A stretch of 62,439 nucleotides of DNA from Candidatus Heimdallarchaeota archaeon (GTDB lineage Archaea > Asgardarchaeota > Heimdallarchaeia > Heimdallarchaeales > Heimdallarchaeaceae): NCBI GenBank assembly GCA_030607575.1, contig JAUWJS010000002.1, positions 1 through 62,439 on the forward strand, given 5' to 3'. The translations under genes were made by a program, and so were the position numbers. The notes under the pieces were generated by a model that had not been told where the DNA came from, ran no database searches, and saw only the letters and a list, made by a program, of their open reading frames with translations. Position 1 is the stretch's first letter, and every line of letters starts with the position of its first letter. Shown here piece after piece: positions 1-9,177 of the stretch.

Positions 1-1029
1 CTGAGGAACATTGTATGCTTCAGCTCTTGAATTACCTGTTGGTTTAAGATCAAAATAATCTGCAGAACTCCTATCTGTTAGATAAGTTTTCAATATCCCA
101 TCTTTGATGACATAATTTTTCTGCCCAGGAACTCCTTCATCATCATATTTAATGTATCCAAATGAATTAATACCTGCAGACTTTTTCAGCGAACCATCAT
201 CGATTAGATCTACACAAGGGTTTCCAATTTTTTTACCTAGTTTTCCTCTAAGAACACCAGCTGTTTGAACAAAATCACCCTCTGCGGAATGTCCAGCAGC
301 CTCATGTGCAAAGAGATGATTTATTGTTCCATCTAAAACAACAGGATATCTACCACTTTTCACCTTTGGGGCTTTTAAACCTTCTAAAGCTCTCTCTTTT
401 GCTTTCTCCCCTAATTGGTTTGGACTTCTAATATCAATTAACTCTACACCACCAATATGACCTATTCTACTTCTCCCTTCTATGGTTTCAGAACCTTCTC
501 TGGCAACAGATAGAGCATACATCATTACGTAAGGAACTTCATAAATAATCTTTGTTCCTTCTGTAGTAGCCAAAGTCATTCTTCTAAGAACTTCTCTGAA
601 AAAGGATGTTCTAGATTTGATCTTGTCATCCTCTTGAGCTTTATCAGCTTCTAGTGTAAATTCTATTTTTTCATCAAAACCCGTGTTATCCAGTTTTTTC
701 TTCTGTTCTCCTGTAAAATTGTCTTCAACAACTTTCACTTTAACTAGAGAGATGTCTTTTTTCTTCTGCTTCAGATTAAGCTTGTTTGCTTTTAGAGCCA
801 TATCTATTACATCTTCATATTTCTCTAAAGGTCCATAAGCAAAACCCCATGCTCCTTCATTTAAAATTCTAATTCCTAAACCTGATTCGATTCCAGTAGT
901 ACTAGCTTCTACTCTCCCATTTACTGTTCGAATCTGAGTCATAAGTGAATTTTCTGCTCTTATGTCTCCATAAGGTATTTGTAAATCATGCAATTTCTGT
1001 AATGCTTTATCAACAACATCTTGAGACAT
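1..1029 (-). CDS. TldD/PmbA-family metalloprotease, N-terminal 343 codons (3' end runs off the left window edge)
   Basis: Not in the ORF track because it is truncated. My translation of the minus strand from ATG 1029..1027 gives MSQDVVDKALQKLHDLQIPYGDIRAENS...GLGIRILNEGAWGFAY...PVVLDGTINHLFAHEAAGHSAEGDFV...YDDEGVPGQKNYVIKDGILKTYLTDR, open to position 1. The HEAxGH motif and overall pattern are TldD-like. Confidence 0.7.
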   Translation of the reverse strand, partial: MSQDVVDKALQKLHDLQIPYGDIRAENSLMTQIRTVNGRVEASTTGIESGLGIRILNEGAWGFAYGPLEKYEDVIDMALKANKLNLKQKKKDISLVKVKVVEDNFTGEQKKKLDNTGFDEKIEFTLEADKAQEDDKIKSRTSFFREVLRRMTLATTEGTKIIYEVPYVMMYALSVAREGSETIEGRSRIGHIGGVELIDIRSPNQLGEKAKERALEGLKAPKVKSGRYPVVLDGTINHLFAHEAAGHSAEGDFVQTAGVLRGKLGKKIGNPCVDLIDDGSLKKSAGINSFGYIKYDDEGVPGQKNYVIKDGILKTYLTDRSSADYFDLKPTGNSRAEAYNVPQ

Positions 1030-1138
1030 TATTATCATCCCGATAAAACATAGGTCAATTATAAAAGTATTCAAATGAAGTACTGTTTGTCTATTAATTA
1101 TGAAATAAACTTAAAATGAATATAATTATCTGTTAAAT

Positions 1139-1972
1139 ATGGATTTGAATCTAGCAGGAAAGCATATTTTATTGACAGGAGGTACTGGAGGGATAGGGAG
1201 GGCTATTATTGACCAGTTAGTTGAAGAAGCTGCTAAAGTAACTATTCATTATAATACTAATATTGTGAGTGCTACTGAGATACAAAACAAATATGATTCA
1301 AGTGACGTTTTCCTTGTTCAAGGTGATTTGAGAAAAGAAAATGATATTGAAAATCTTTTCTTTCTAGCAAATGATCATTTTGGCAGAATTGATAACTTAA
1401 TCGCTAATGCTGGTATTTGGAGTTCTGAATCTACTCTTACATCTGAATTAAGTTTAGATCGATGGAATAATACTTTAGGTGTTAACTTAACAGGTGTGTT
1501 TCTTTGTGTAAGAGCTTTTTTTAGAAATCTAATTAAATATCCAGGGAAATCCGCTTCAATGGTTCTCGTAGGTTCTACAGCTGGTTTTTTTGGTGAAGCT
1601 GGACAAGCGGATTATTCTGCTTCCAAAGCTGCTCTAATGTATGGACTAACGAAAACTTGGAAAAATGAGATAATCCATTATGTGGAAATGGGTAGAGTTA
1701 ATTCCGTTGGTCCAGGATGGGTTCTTACAGAAATGGTTGGGGAATCATTAGAGGACATGGAAGAAGTAAGAAAAATTCTACAGACAATACCTATGCAAAA
1801 AATTGCATCAGCTACTGATGTAGCAAATACAGTTTTGTTCTTATTATCTGATAAAGCTTCAGGTCATATAAGTGGTGAATCTCTTCTAGTAAGCGGTGGT
1901 ATGGAAGGAAGGGTTCTTTTTGATAAATCTAATGTGGATTTGAGTTATTTTAAAAAGAAAAATAATGGTTAA
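1139..1972 (+). CDS. Short-chain dehydrogenase/reductase (FabG-like SDR)
   Basis: 277 aa. Has the Rossmann motif TGGTGGIGRAI, IANAG, and the catalytic YSASK (YxxxK) motif of classical SDRs. Confidence 0.75.
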   Translation: MDLNLAGKHILLTGGTGGIGRAIIDQLVEEAAKVTIHYNTNIVSATEIQNKYDSSDVFLVQGDLRKENDIENLFFLANDHFGRIDNLIANAGIWSSESTLTSELSLDRWNNTLGVNLTGVFLCVRAFFRNLIKYPGKSASMVLVGSTAGFFGEAGQADYSASKAALMYGLTKTWKNEIIHYVEMGRVNSVGPGWVLTEMVGESLEDMEEVRKILQTIPMQKIASATDVANTVLFLLSDKASGHISGESLLVSGGMEGRVLFDKSNVDLSYFKKKNNG

Positions 1973-2022
1973 TAGAAGTATATATCAATAGCAAACTTTT
2001 TTTTACTTTATCAAATGTTCTC

Positions 2023-2745
2023 ATGATGTCAAAATCTCTTCATCTTAAAGAAGTTGAGTCTAATTACTCCACTGTTCTAGAAAAAATTCACAATAGTGCA
2101 AGACTTACTGGAAGAGATGGTTCAGATATTACACTTGTGGGAGTAACTAAGAGAATTGCTTTTGACAGGATAAAGCCGGCTCTAGACGCAGGTTTAAGGA
2201 TAATTGGGGAAATTATAAGCACTGAATTGAAGAAAAAAATACTTAAGATCAAGGAATACTCACCTTCATCAAAAATTCATGTTGTAGGTCAGATGCAGTC
2301 AAATAAAGTCAAATATTCTGTTGAGCGATGTAATTTAATTCAAAGTGTACAAAGTAGTAAAATCCTATCTTTGATAAATAAATATGCACAGAAACTAGAT
2401 TTAGTTTATCCCATTCTTTTACAAGTCGATTTAAGTCAAGCAGAAAGAAGAAAAGGTTTGAATCGTCAGGAAGTTATCAAATATCTAGAAGAGATTAAAA
2501 AACTCAATCATATAGAGGTTCAAGGAATTATGACAATTGCTCCTCTTGAATATGAACTAGAAGAAGTTTTACTAAGTAAGTTCTTTGAGAGAACAAATTC
2601 CATTTTTCAGAAAGAGATTAAACCTCGAATTTCAGTTGATTCTCCCATAATTTCAATGGGAATGTCAAGTGATTATGAAATTGCAATAAAGCACGGTTCT
2701 AACATGGTCAGAGTAGGTACAGCTATATTTGGACCACGAATATGA
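2023..2745 (+). CDS. yggS: YggS/PROSC-family pyridoxal-phosphate homeostasis protein
   Basis: 240 aa. LVGVTKRI gives the PLP-lysine context and VGQMQSNKVKY resembles HxIGxLQxNK. Size fits a single alanine-racemase-N-type barrel. Confidence 0.7.
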   Translation: MMSKSLHLKEVESNYSTVLEKIHNSARLTGRDGSDITLVGVTKRIAFDRIKPALDAGLRIIGEIISTELKKKILKIKEYSPSSKIHVVGQMQSNKVKYSVERCNLIQSVQSSKILSLINKYAQKLDLVYPILLQVDLSQAERRKGLNRQEVIKYLEEIKKLNHIEVQGIMTIAPLEYELEEVLLSKFFERTNSIFQKEIKPRISVDSPIISMGMSSDYEIAIKHGSNMVRVGTAIFGPRI

Positions 2746-2921
2746 ATTCTTCTTCGAATAGTTAAGCATTATTTAAAAAACATGTAATGCAAGTTAGCAA
2801 TAATGCCTATTTGTCTCTGTTAAAGGCTGATTTGACTATTTTGGAACAAAGAAAGAAATTACCTAAAAATATATTCATGTGAAATAGAAGATCATTCAAG
2901 AAACTTTATCTTTAATTTTCT

Positions 2922-5900
2922 TCATTGTTTGTCCTCTACTATTGCTGTGGGGTATTCAGACAATCTGAATAATGCTTCTTTTATCGTTTCTGATAAATCT
3001 ATAATATTTGTTTCACCATTTTCTATGAGATAGGAAATTACTGCTTTCATCCCTTCAAGTACTGGACCTGTATTTTCATCAAATTTCATTCTTGCTACAA
3101 ATCCAACTATATCACTCATAACAATCAATCGATCTCTGTATTCATCCATTTCTCTCTTATAATCTGGTTCTAGATAAAGTCTGATTTCCCAATCTTTGGG
3201 GAGGCTAATTACTGAAACATTTGGAAATTTCAAGATATCCATTACTTCAGCTCTTGTTGAAAATACCTCCTTTGGGAAATCACCTAATACGATATAATAT
3301 CCATTAATATCACTTGACAATTCAAGATCGTTTTTGATGAATAAAGTACTAGTTAATCTTCCATAAGTATCAATCATCTTTGTAAAAGTATTTCCTAGAA
3401 CCCTCATGTTTAAGTAAAGATTGTTTTCAAATTCCATTCTAGAGCGACTTTTACTCCAAGCTTGAAGAACTGAATCTGCTACTCTTTTCTCACCACTTAT
3501 CATCTGATTATAGGAATCATCGATTACATATTCTGGTATTCTTCTGTATAGAAGGATTGAAATTGCGATTTCCATGAAATTCTTAGGTAATTCTGCAATT
3601 TCTTGTGGATTGATTCTGTTTACAGTATCAATAATCTCTTTAAGACTTTGTTTTTCAGAAATAGTAAGCTTTCCATATTCCAATTTTTGTATTTTGAATA
3701 CATCTCCAATCCATTTGGAAGCTTTTCTACCAACTTCTGATAAGTGAGACGACAAATTAACACTTACATCTTTTGACCAGCTTTCAACCATTTTAGTCAT
3801 CTGATCATTCAAAGGATTCCAGTTTTTGATTAACATTCTTCGTATATATTTGAGTTCTTTGAGAGATTTACTATAAAGTCTCATTGCTTTCTTTTTGTAA
3901 TTCAAATCATTTCTTCTTAGATTGGAGAATCCATTAAGTAATTCTTGTAAGATTCTATATATTTTTGGTGCATAGATATTCCAGCTTTCTTGGCATCTCT
4001 CATGGAAATTTTTCCCCCTGAATCTTTGTGGAATATCGTGTATAATTGGAAATGATGGAAAGCCGTTTTGAATATCTGGTAATCTGTGAGCTGGTGTTAG
4101 TTTTCCAGCCATTTCACGATTAAAAACAGTTATCAGAGTATCGAGTTGATGGTATACTTCTCCTTCAAAGTGAAACATTTTCTGAAGATAAGTACTAATC
4201 ATTCCTCTAAGAATTGCCTTTGAATATGCTCTTTTTAGAACTCTTGTATTTATCAGACATGTAGTAAGAAATTCTGCATCTTGTTCAGCAGCTCTAAGTG
4301 GAATAATTGTGTTAGCTAAATTTATAGTTACATTTTGCTTCTGTAACAATTCTGTTGAAGAAATAGTTCTTCCATCAAATCGAAGTTTAGTTCCTTTAAA
4401 GAATGATCTCTTTAACTGCACAGGAACTGAATTTACAAAAACTTTGATTTCTCCTTCATCAATAGCAGCACCTATGAGATCAGTGGAACTCAGATTCATT
4501 TGTTTTTGAGTTTCGTAACCTCTGCCTTTTAGATCATCCATAATTTTAGATAGAATACTAACAAAAACTGTTTTTGGGGCAATTTGTCTGAAAGAATTAA
4601 CCATAAAAGAAAAGATGTCTCCTAAGCTTGCATTAAACAGCTGGTCTTTGATAATTTTTTCTAGGGTTGTGATAATAGCTCTTTCCAAAGCACTTGCAAA
4701 TAAGACTGATTCTTCAATATTTGACAATTCTAATTGTTTACCTACACCCATAGTAATGAATTTATCAGATAGTTGCTTCAGCCACTTTGGTTGTAAAACT
4801 GTCAGTTTAGAAAGTCGTTCCTTTATCAAGGCTCTTTTTACACTGATAGAAGTTACTTTTCCTTTAGATCCTTTGCTTTTAATAGAAGAAAGTTTCTTCT
4901 CACCCAAAATGGAAAAAGTAAAATCAATAATTGCATTCCAAATACTTGGTGGTAGTTTCTTTCCTATGAAAGGTTTGATAAGTTGAGTATAAAACATTCG
5001 AGCACTTTGAAGAGCTAAAGGTGAGACATCTTCAATTAAGGCATCGCATATCATAGAACCTGGATTTGGTACTTCAGCTGCTATGGTTATCTGGTTTTGG
5101 ATTGAAGAGAAAAGGTTAACATCTCTATAATCAATTAGAGAACATAAAGGTTCATCTTTTGCTAATGCATAGACTATCTCCTTAGCTAAGTTATGAGCTA
5201 TGAATGAACTAGCAGAATGGATTTCATCAATTGTTAGTTTCTTAAGTTGAGTTACAACCTTCTTTTTCAGGTTCTTTGCAAGATATCTGTCTATCAGCTC
5301 TTGTGGCTTAATGTCTTTGCTCTTAAGATTTCTTTCAATGCTATTTCGAATTTCTTCGATTACAAACCTTGGTCGCTCATACTCAACGAGAACAAAAGGA
5401 TCCTTAATTATAATCTGATTAAGTATGTCTTGTGCTACCATTTGAACTAAAAGTTGACGTTTGAAGGGAACTATTGCTCCTTTATCCCATGAATTTTCAT
5501 CCTCTCCTAACCACGTCCTCAAATCTTTTAACTGTGCAACTGTAGGAAATTTTATCTCATCAGTTTCCAAAATTTTGATGTTTTTGTTGATTAATTCATT
5601 CAACCCCCTATTGTTCGAAGATATAGATAATTTCTGCTTTGCAATTGTACAAGCTTTCAGGAATGCTTTTGAGACAAAATCTGGTGAAATCATTTTTCCT
5701 ATAGCCATGTTTTGGTGAAAATTCGGTGTGAGAACAATAAATTTGCAGAAAGAAAGAGCCAACTCTTGAACAAGTTGCTCCTCTATTTTGCTAATCTTTC
5801 CTGGTTGGTTTGATTTTACTACATATTGAACAACTACATTATCCGCTTCTTCTGCTAAAGTGAAAGTTCCAAATTTAACATACTCATTTTCCCCAGTCAT

Positions 5901-6107
5901 AAATTGGGAATTGGTTACTTCTACTTCAGTAGTCATTAAGGTTTGTAAAGATAGTAAGATTCCTTGCATCATGCTGGAATCTTTAGCAAGACCCCCTATT
6001 GTGGCAAAACTTATACCAGCATCGCTTCCTGCTGAAATCCATAAATCATAGGGAAAGTGTTTAGACATAAACCTCACATATTGTACGTTGTAACTAAACG
6101 TTCTCAA
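2922..6107 (-). CDS. Large orphan protein (1061 aa) with longin/roadblock-like N-terminal domain and long helical body
   Basis: Uninterrupted 1061-codon ORF. Residues ~15-160 (LWISAGSDAGISFATIGGL..MMQGILLSLQTLMTTEV..YVKFGTFTLAEEADNVVVQYVVKS..EEQLVQELALSFCKF) follow the beta-beta-alpha-beta-beta-beta-alpha pattern of longin/roadblock domains. No catalytic motif recognised. Met14 (MSKHF) is an alternative start. Confidence 0.6.
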   Translation of the reverse strand: MRTFSYNVQYVRFMSKHFPYDLWISAGSDAGISFATIGGLAKDSSMMQGILLSLQTLMTTEVEVTNSQFMTGENEYVKFGTFTLAEEADNVVVQYVVKSNQPGKISKIEEQLVQELALSFCKFIVLTPNFHQNMAIGKMISPDFVSKAFLKACTIAKQKLSISSNNRGLNELINKNIKILETDEIKFPTVAQLKDLRTWLGEDENSWDKGAIVPFKRQLLVQMVAQDILNQIIIKDPFVLVEYERPRFVIEEIRNSIERNLKSKDIKPQELIDRYLAKNLKKKVVTQLKKLTIDEIHSASSFIAHNLAKEIVYALAKDEPLCSLIDYRDVNLFSSIQNQITIAAEVPNPGSMICDALIEDVSPLALQSARMFYTQLIKPFIGKKLPPSIWNAIIDFTFSILGEKKLSSIKSKGSKGKVTSISVKRALIKERLSKLTVLQPKWLKQLSDKFITMGVGKQLELSNIEESVLFASALERAIITTLEKIIKDQLFNASLGDIFSFMVNSFRQIAPKTVFVSILSKIMDDLKGRGYETQKQMNLSSTDLIGAAIDEGEIKVFVNSVPVQLKRSFFKGTKLRFDGRTISSTELLQKQNVTINLANTIIPLRAAEQDAEFLTTCLINTRVLKRAYSKAILRGMISTYLQKMFHFEGEVYHQLDTLITVFNREMAGKLTPAHRLPDIQNGFPSFPIIHDIPQRFRGKNFHERCQESWNIYAPKIYRILQELLNGFSNLRRNDLNYKKKAMRLYSKSLKELKYIRRMLIKNWNPLNDQMTKMVESWSKDVSVNLSSHLSEVGRKASKWIGDVFKIQKLEYGKLTISEKQSLKEIIDTVNRINPQEIAELPKNFMEIAISILLYRRIPEYVIDDSYNQMISGEKRVADSVLQAWSKSRSRMEFENNLYLNMRVLGNTFTKMIDTYGRLTSTLFIKNDLELSSDINGYYIVLGDFPKEVFSTRAEVMDILKFPNVSVISLPKDWEIRLYLEPDYKREMDEYRDRLIVMSDIVGFVARMKFDENTGPVLEGMKAVISYLIENGETNIIDLSETIKEALFRLSEYPTAIVEDKQ

Positions 6108-6273
6108 TTCTTAATTTTTGTGTTCTTTAATATTGTTTTGCCTAATGGTAATCGCAAAAGAATAATGAGGAATAAATATTTTGAGATTTACTTTCCATTT
6201 AGATAACAGAAAGTTTAAGAATTAATCATATACAAGTTAGAGTAATCAATTCATTAATTTATGTGAATTCAAG

Positions 6274-6588
6274 ATGGGCGAAACCACATCAACTGTCAGA
6301 ATTAGAAGACTTGTATTGGATGTTTTAAAACCTCATCAACCAAGGATGGATGTTTTAGCTTATGCAGTTGCTGAATTATCTGGTGTAGATTCTGTTAACG
6401 TTACAAGAACAGAAACTGATTCAAGCACAGAAGGAATTGTTGTTACCATTGTCGGTGACAATCTAATCTACAAAGATATTGAAGATGTTTTGAGAGATTA
6501 TGGATCTTCAATTCATTCAGTCGATGAAGTAGTAGCAGGTGAAGAAATAATCGACACTGTAGCACTTCCTGATGAAGAAGAAAGGTAA
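6274..6588 (+). CDS. DUF211-family small archaeal protein
   Basis: 104 aa. IRRLVLDVLKPHQP followed by VDSVNVT...IVVTIVG matches my recollection of the conserved archaeal DUF211 (COG1888) pattern. Confidence 0.55.
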   Translation: MGETTSTVRIRRLVLDVLKPHQPRMDVLAYAVAELSGVDSVNVTRTETDSSTEGIVVTIVGDNLIYKDIEDVLRDYGSSIHSVDEVVAGEEIIDTVALPDEEER

Positions 6589-6656
6589 TTCCTTTATTTT
6601 CATAAGAAAAAATCAAACTGAAATCGCTATATCATGGGGTAATAAAGTTTTTTAAT

Positions 6657-7262
6657 TCATAGAATCTTTGCTGCTTTGATACCTAACTCAAAGGCTTTTA
6701 GATTCTGTTCAACATATTTTACAGGAACACGTTGTTTTAGAGCATTTCTTAATTCGTCTTCTGTTAGAGGAAACTCTTCTACTTGAGATAATGCTCCTAG
6801 AAGTACTATATTCTGTGTTAGAGCTAATCCTGCTTCAATAGCTAGGTTTTCAGCTTCAATCATTACTAATTTTACATCGAATTTTGTAATGTTTTCTTCT
6901 ATTTTTTCTTTAGCATTTTCTGCAGCTTCTTTATCTTTTTTCCATGAGATAGGAAAGAGAACTGTGTTAGATGTAATTGCAATTCCACCAGGTTTTAGAA
7001 ATTTCATATATCTCAAAGATTCATTTTGCTCCAAACCAACTAAGACTTCACAGGTTCCTATAGGATTAGTTGGTGAATGTAGTTTTTCTCCAATTTTTAG
7101 ATTAGTAACCACAGATCCACCTTTTTGAGCCATTCCATGAACCTCAGATCCTAGAACATGTAAGCCTTTCTTCCTTGCTGCTATCACAATAATATCTGTG
7201 ATAGTTAGAATACCTTGACCTCCTACTCCACAAACAATCATTTGGTAAGTTTTACTCATCAA
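6657..7262 (-). CDS. iorB: Indolepyruvate:ferredoxin oxidoreductase beta subunit
   Basis: 201 aa. The N-terminal CGVGGQGILT motif belongs to the 2-oxoacid:ferredoxin oxidoreductase gamma/IorB family. Its start overlaps the upstream iorA stop by 11 nt. Confidence 0.75.
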   Translation of the reverse strand: MMSKTYQMIVCGVGGQGILTITDIIVIAARKKGLHVLGSEVHGMAQKGGSVVTNLKIGEKLHSPTNPIGTCEVLVGLEQNESLRYMKFLKPGGIAITSNTVLFPISWKKDKEAAENAKEKIEENITKFDVKLVMIEAENLAIEAGLALTQNIVLLGALSQVEEFPLTEDELRNALKQRVPVKYVEQNLKAFELGIKAAKIL

Positions 7263-9114
7263 TATCTACCGCCTTTGATATCGCTTCTACAGGGCAAATT
7301 TGCGAACAAACACTACATCCCGTGCACATTGAAGGGTCAATGATAGAATATTTCTTGCCTTTAGAATTAGTTTCGATACTCCAAGATATAGCTGGACACT
7401 GGTATTGAACAATACATGTACCACATGCAATACAAGTTTCTGGGTCAATATGATAAACTTCGATTTTCTGTCCACTTCTTCTCTGTTGTCTCCACCATTC
7501 ATTTGCACAGATTTTCCGCATTATTATTACAGTGGGACCTTCATGTTGCAACGCATCCTCAAATATCTTTTTACCATTCTCAAAATCATAAGGATCAAAT
7601 ACAACAACATATTCTACACCCAGAGATTTAGCTACTTCTGCAATATCAATATTCTCTGTAGGATTGGGTTGAAAACCCGTCATAGCAGTCATTCGATTAT
7701 CAAGAACCAAAATATTAATGTTAGCCTTATGATAAACTGCATTTGCTAGTGCAGTTAATCCTGTATGGAAAAAAGTACTATCTCCAATATATGCAAAAAT
7801 TGGTTTGTCTTTTATCACTCTGGAAAAACCATTAGCCATACTTATTCCTGCCCCCATACAAAGAATAGTATCAGTTACCCAGGGATCAAGTGAGTAACAA
7901 CCTATATCGGAAGCGAAAATACCTTTATTTTTTCTAACAACTTTGGACAATTCCCAGAAAGCAGCTCTATGTTGGCATCCAGGACAGAATAAAGGTGGCC
8001 TAAACGGTATAAAATCAGTGATTTCTCCCTCTGCTTTTTGTATTTCTCCAACAGAAGCCAGTTCTCCACCAATGACACTTTGTAAAGCTTCAGCGACTAA
8101 TCTAGAATTTAGCTCATGATATTTCTTTGTAATTCCTGAACATTTTCCATGAATTTTTGGAACAATTCCATTTTGAATGAAAAGGGCTGAAATCCTATCT
8201 TCTAAATAGGGATCAACCTCCTCGATGAAGATAATGTTTTTCTTATCTCTAGCAAATTCAAGAATTGTTTTTTCATCCAAAGGAGCAACCATACCTAGTT
8301 TCAATATTGGGGAATCTTTATCTAATATTTCTAATGCATCTTTTACATAAGCATAAGAAATTCCGCTTGTGATAATCCCGTATTCTATACCATTTTGTCC
8401 TTCAATTACAGATAATCCGCTTTCAGGAATCCATTCCTTAATTGATTCCATCTTAGCGACTAACTTTGGATGATTTGCTCTGGCTAAGGCAGGTAAACAC
8501 TTATATCTATTGCTTTTTTCAAAATCTCCTTCTCTTAAACTAGTTTCATATTTATCAAACTGAACATCTGATCTAGCATGTGATATTCTTGTAGTTGACC
8601 TAACAACTAAGATTGATTCGAATTTTTCACTTATTTCAAATGCTAATTTTGTAAATTCTTTAGCTTCTTGTGGATTTGAAGGCTCTAAAACTGGTACTTG
8701 GGCAGAGACTCCTAACCATCTTGAATCTTGCTCATTTTGACTACTGAAGCAGTGTGGGTCATCTCCAACTAAAAGAACAAACCCACCCTTAGTACCCATA
8801 TATGCAGCACTATACAGCGCATCTGCCAAGACATTTATACCAACATGTTTGCAAGCTGTCATTGCTCTAATCCCACTTATGGACGCAGCATATGCAGTTT
8901 CAAAAGCTACCTTTTCGTTAGTGCTCCACTCTGCATAGAATCCCAATCTTTTAGATGCAGCAATTATAGCAGTACTTGCTTCGCTACTAGGAGTACCTGG
9001 ATAAGCTGCGAATAATTGAACTCCAGCTTCTATGGCCCCTCTGGCTATAGCTTCATTCCCTAGACAGAGAACTCTATTTTCTTCATTTGCAATAAGCTCT
9101 TCTAACTTAGCCAT
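7252..9114 (-). CDS. iorA: Indolepyruvate:ferredoxin oxidoreductase alpha subunit
   Basis: 620 aa. Has the TPP-binding region GDSTFFHTG, CPGCQHR, and two C-terminal 4Fe-4S motifs (CIACGTCIVQYQCP and CTGCSVCSQICP). Confidence 0.8.
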   Translation of the reverse strand: MAKLEELIANEENRVLCLGNEAIARGAIEAGVQLFAAYPGTPSSEASTAIIAASKRLGFYAEWSTNEKVAFETAYAASISGIRAMTACKHVGINVLADALYSAAYMGTKGGFVLLVGDDPHCFSSQNEQDSRWLGVSAQVPVLEPSNPQEAKEFTKLAFEISEKFESILVVRSTTRISHARSDVQFDKYETSLREGDFEKSNRYKCLPALARANHPKLVAKMESIKEWIPESGLSVIEGQNGIEYGIITSGISYAYVKDALEILDKDSPILKLGMVAPLDEKTILEFARDKKNIIFIEEVDPYLEDRISALFIQNGIVPKIHGKCSGITKKYHELNSRLVAEALQSVIGGELASVGEIQKAEGEITDFIPFRPPLFCPGCQHRAAFWELSKVVRKNKGIFASDIGCYSLDPWVTDTILCMGAGISMANGFSRVIKDKPIFAYIGDSTFFHTGLTALANAVYHKANINILVLDNRMTAMTGFQPNPTENIDIAEVAKSLGVEYVVVFDPYDFENGKKIFEDALQHEGPTVIIMRKICANEWWRQQRRSGQKIEVYHIDPETCIACGTCIVQYQCPAISWSIETNSKGKKYSIIDPSMCTGCSVCSQICPVEAISKAVDIDE

Positions 9115-9177
9115 TTATATTCAAGAGAAGGGGAAAATCGGACTAAAAAAGGATTGTGACATGAATATATTTTCAAT

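Noticed and set aside
4309-6051. Five plus-strand ORFs (4309-4509, 4615-4986, 5247-5450, 5461-5718, 5860-6051) inside the 1061-aa minus-strand gene.
   Set aside because: They are all antisense to one long uninterrupted ORF. They are short, low-complexity and Ser/Phe/Leu-rich, as expected from reading a codon-biased AT-rich gene backwards. No start context or motifs.
7287-7749. ORFs 7287-7508 (-), 7405-7749 (+) and 7416-7631 (+) overlapping iorA.
   Set aside because: They are alternative-frame or antisense ORFs within a well-supported iorA whose Fe-S and TPP motifs are in the annotated frame. Their compositions are implausible (His/Cys/Asn/Ile runs).
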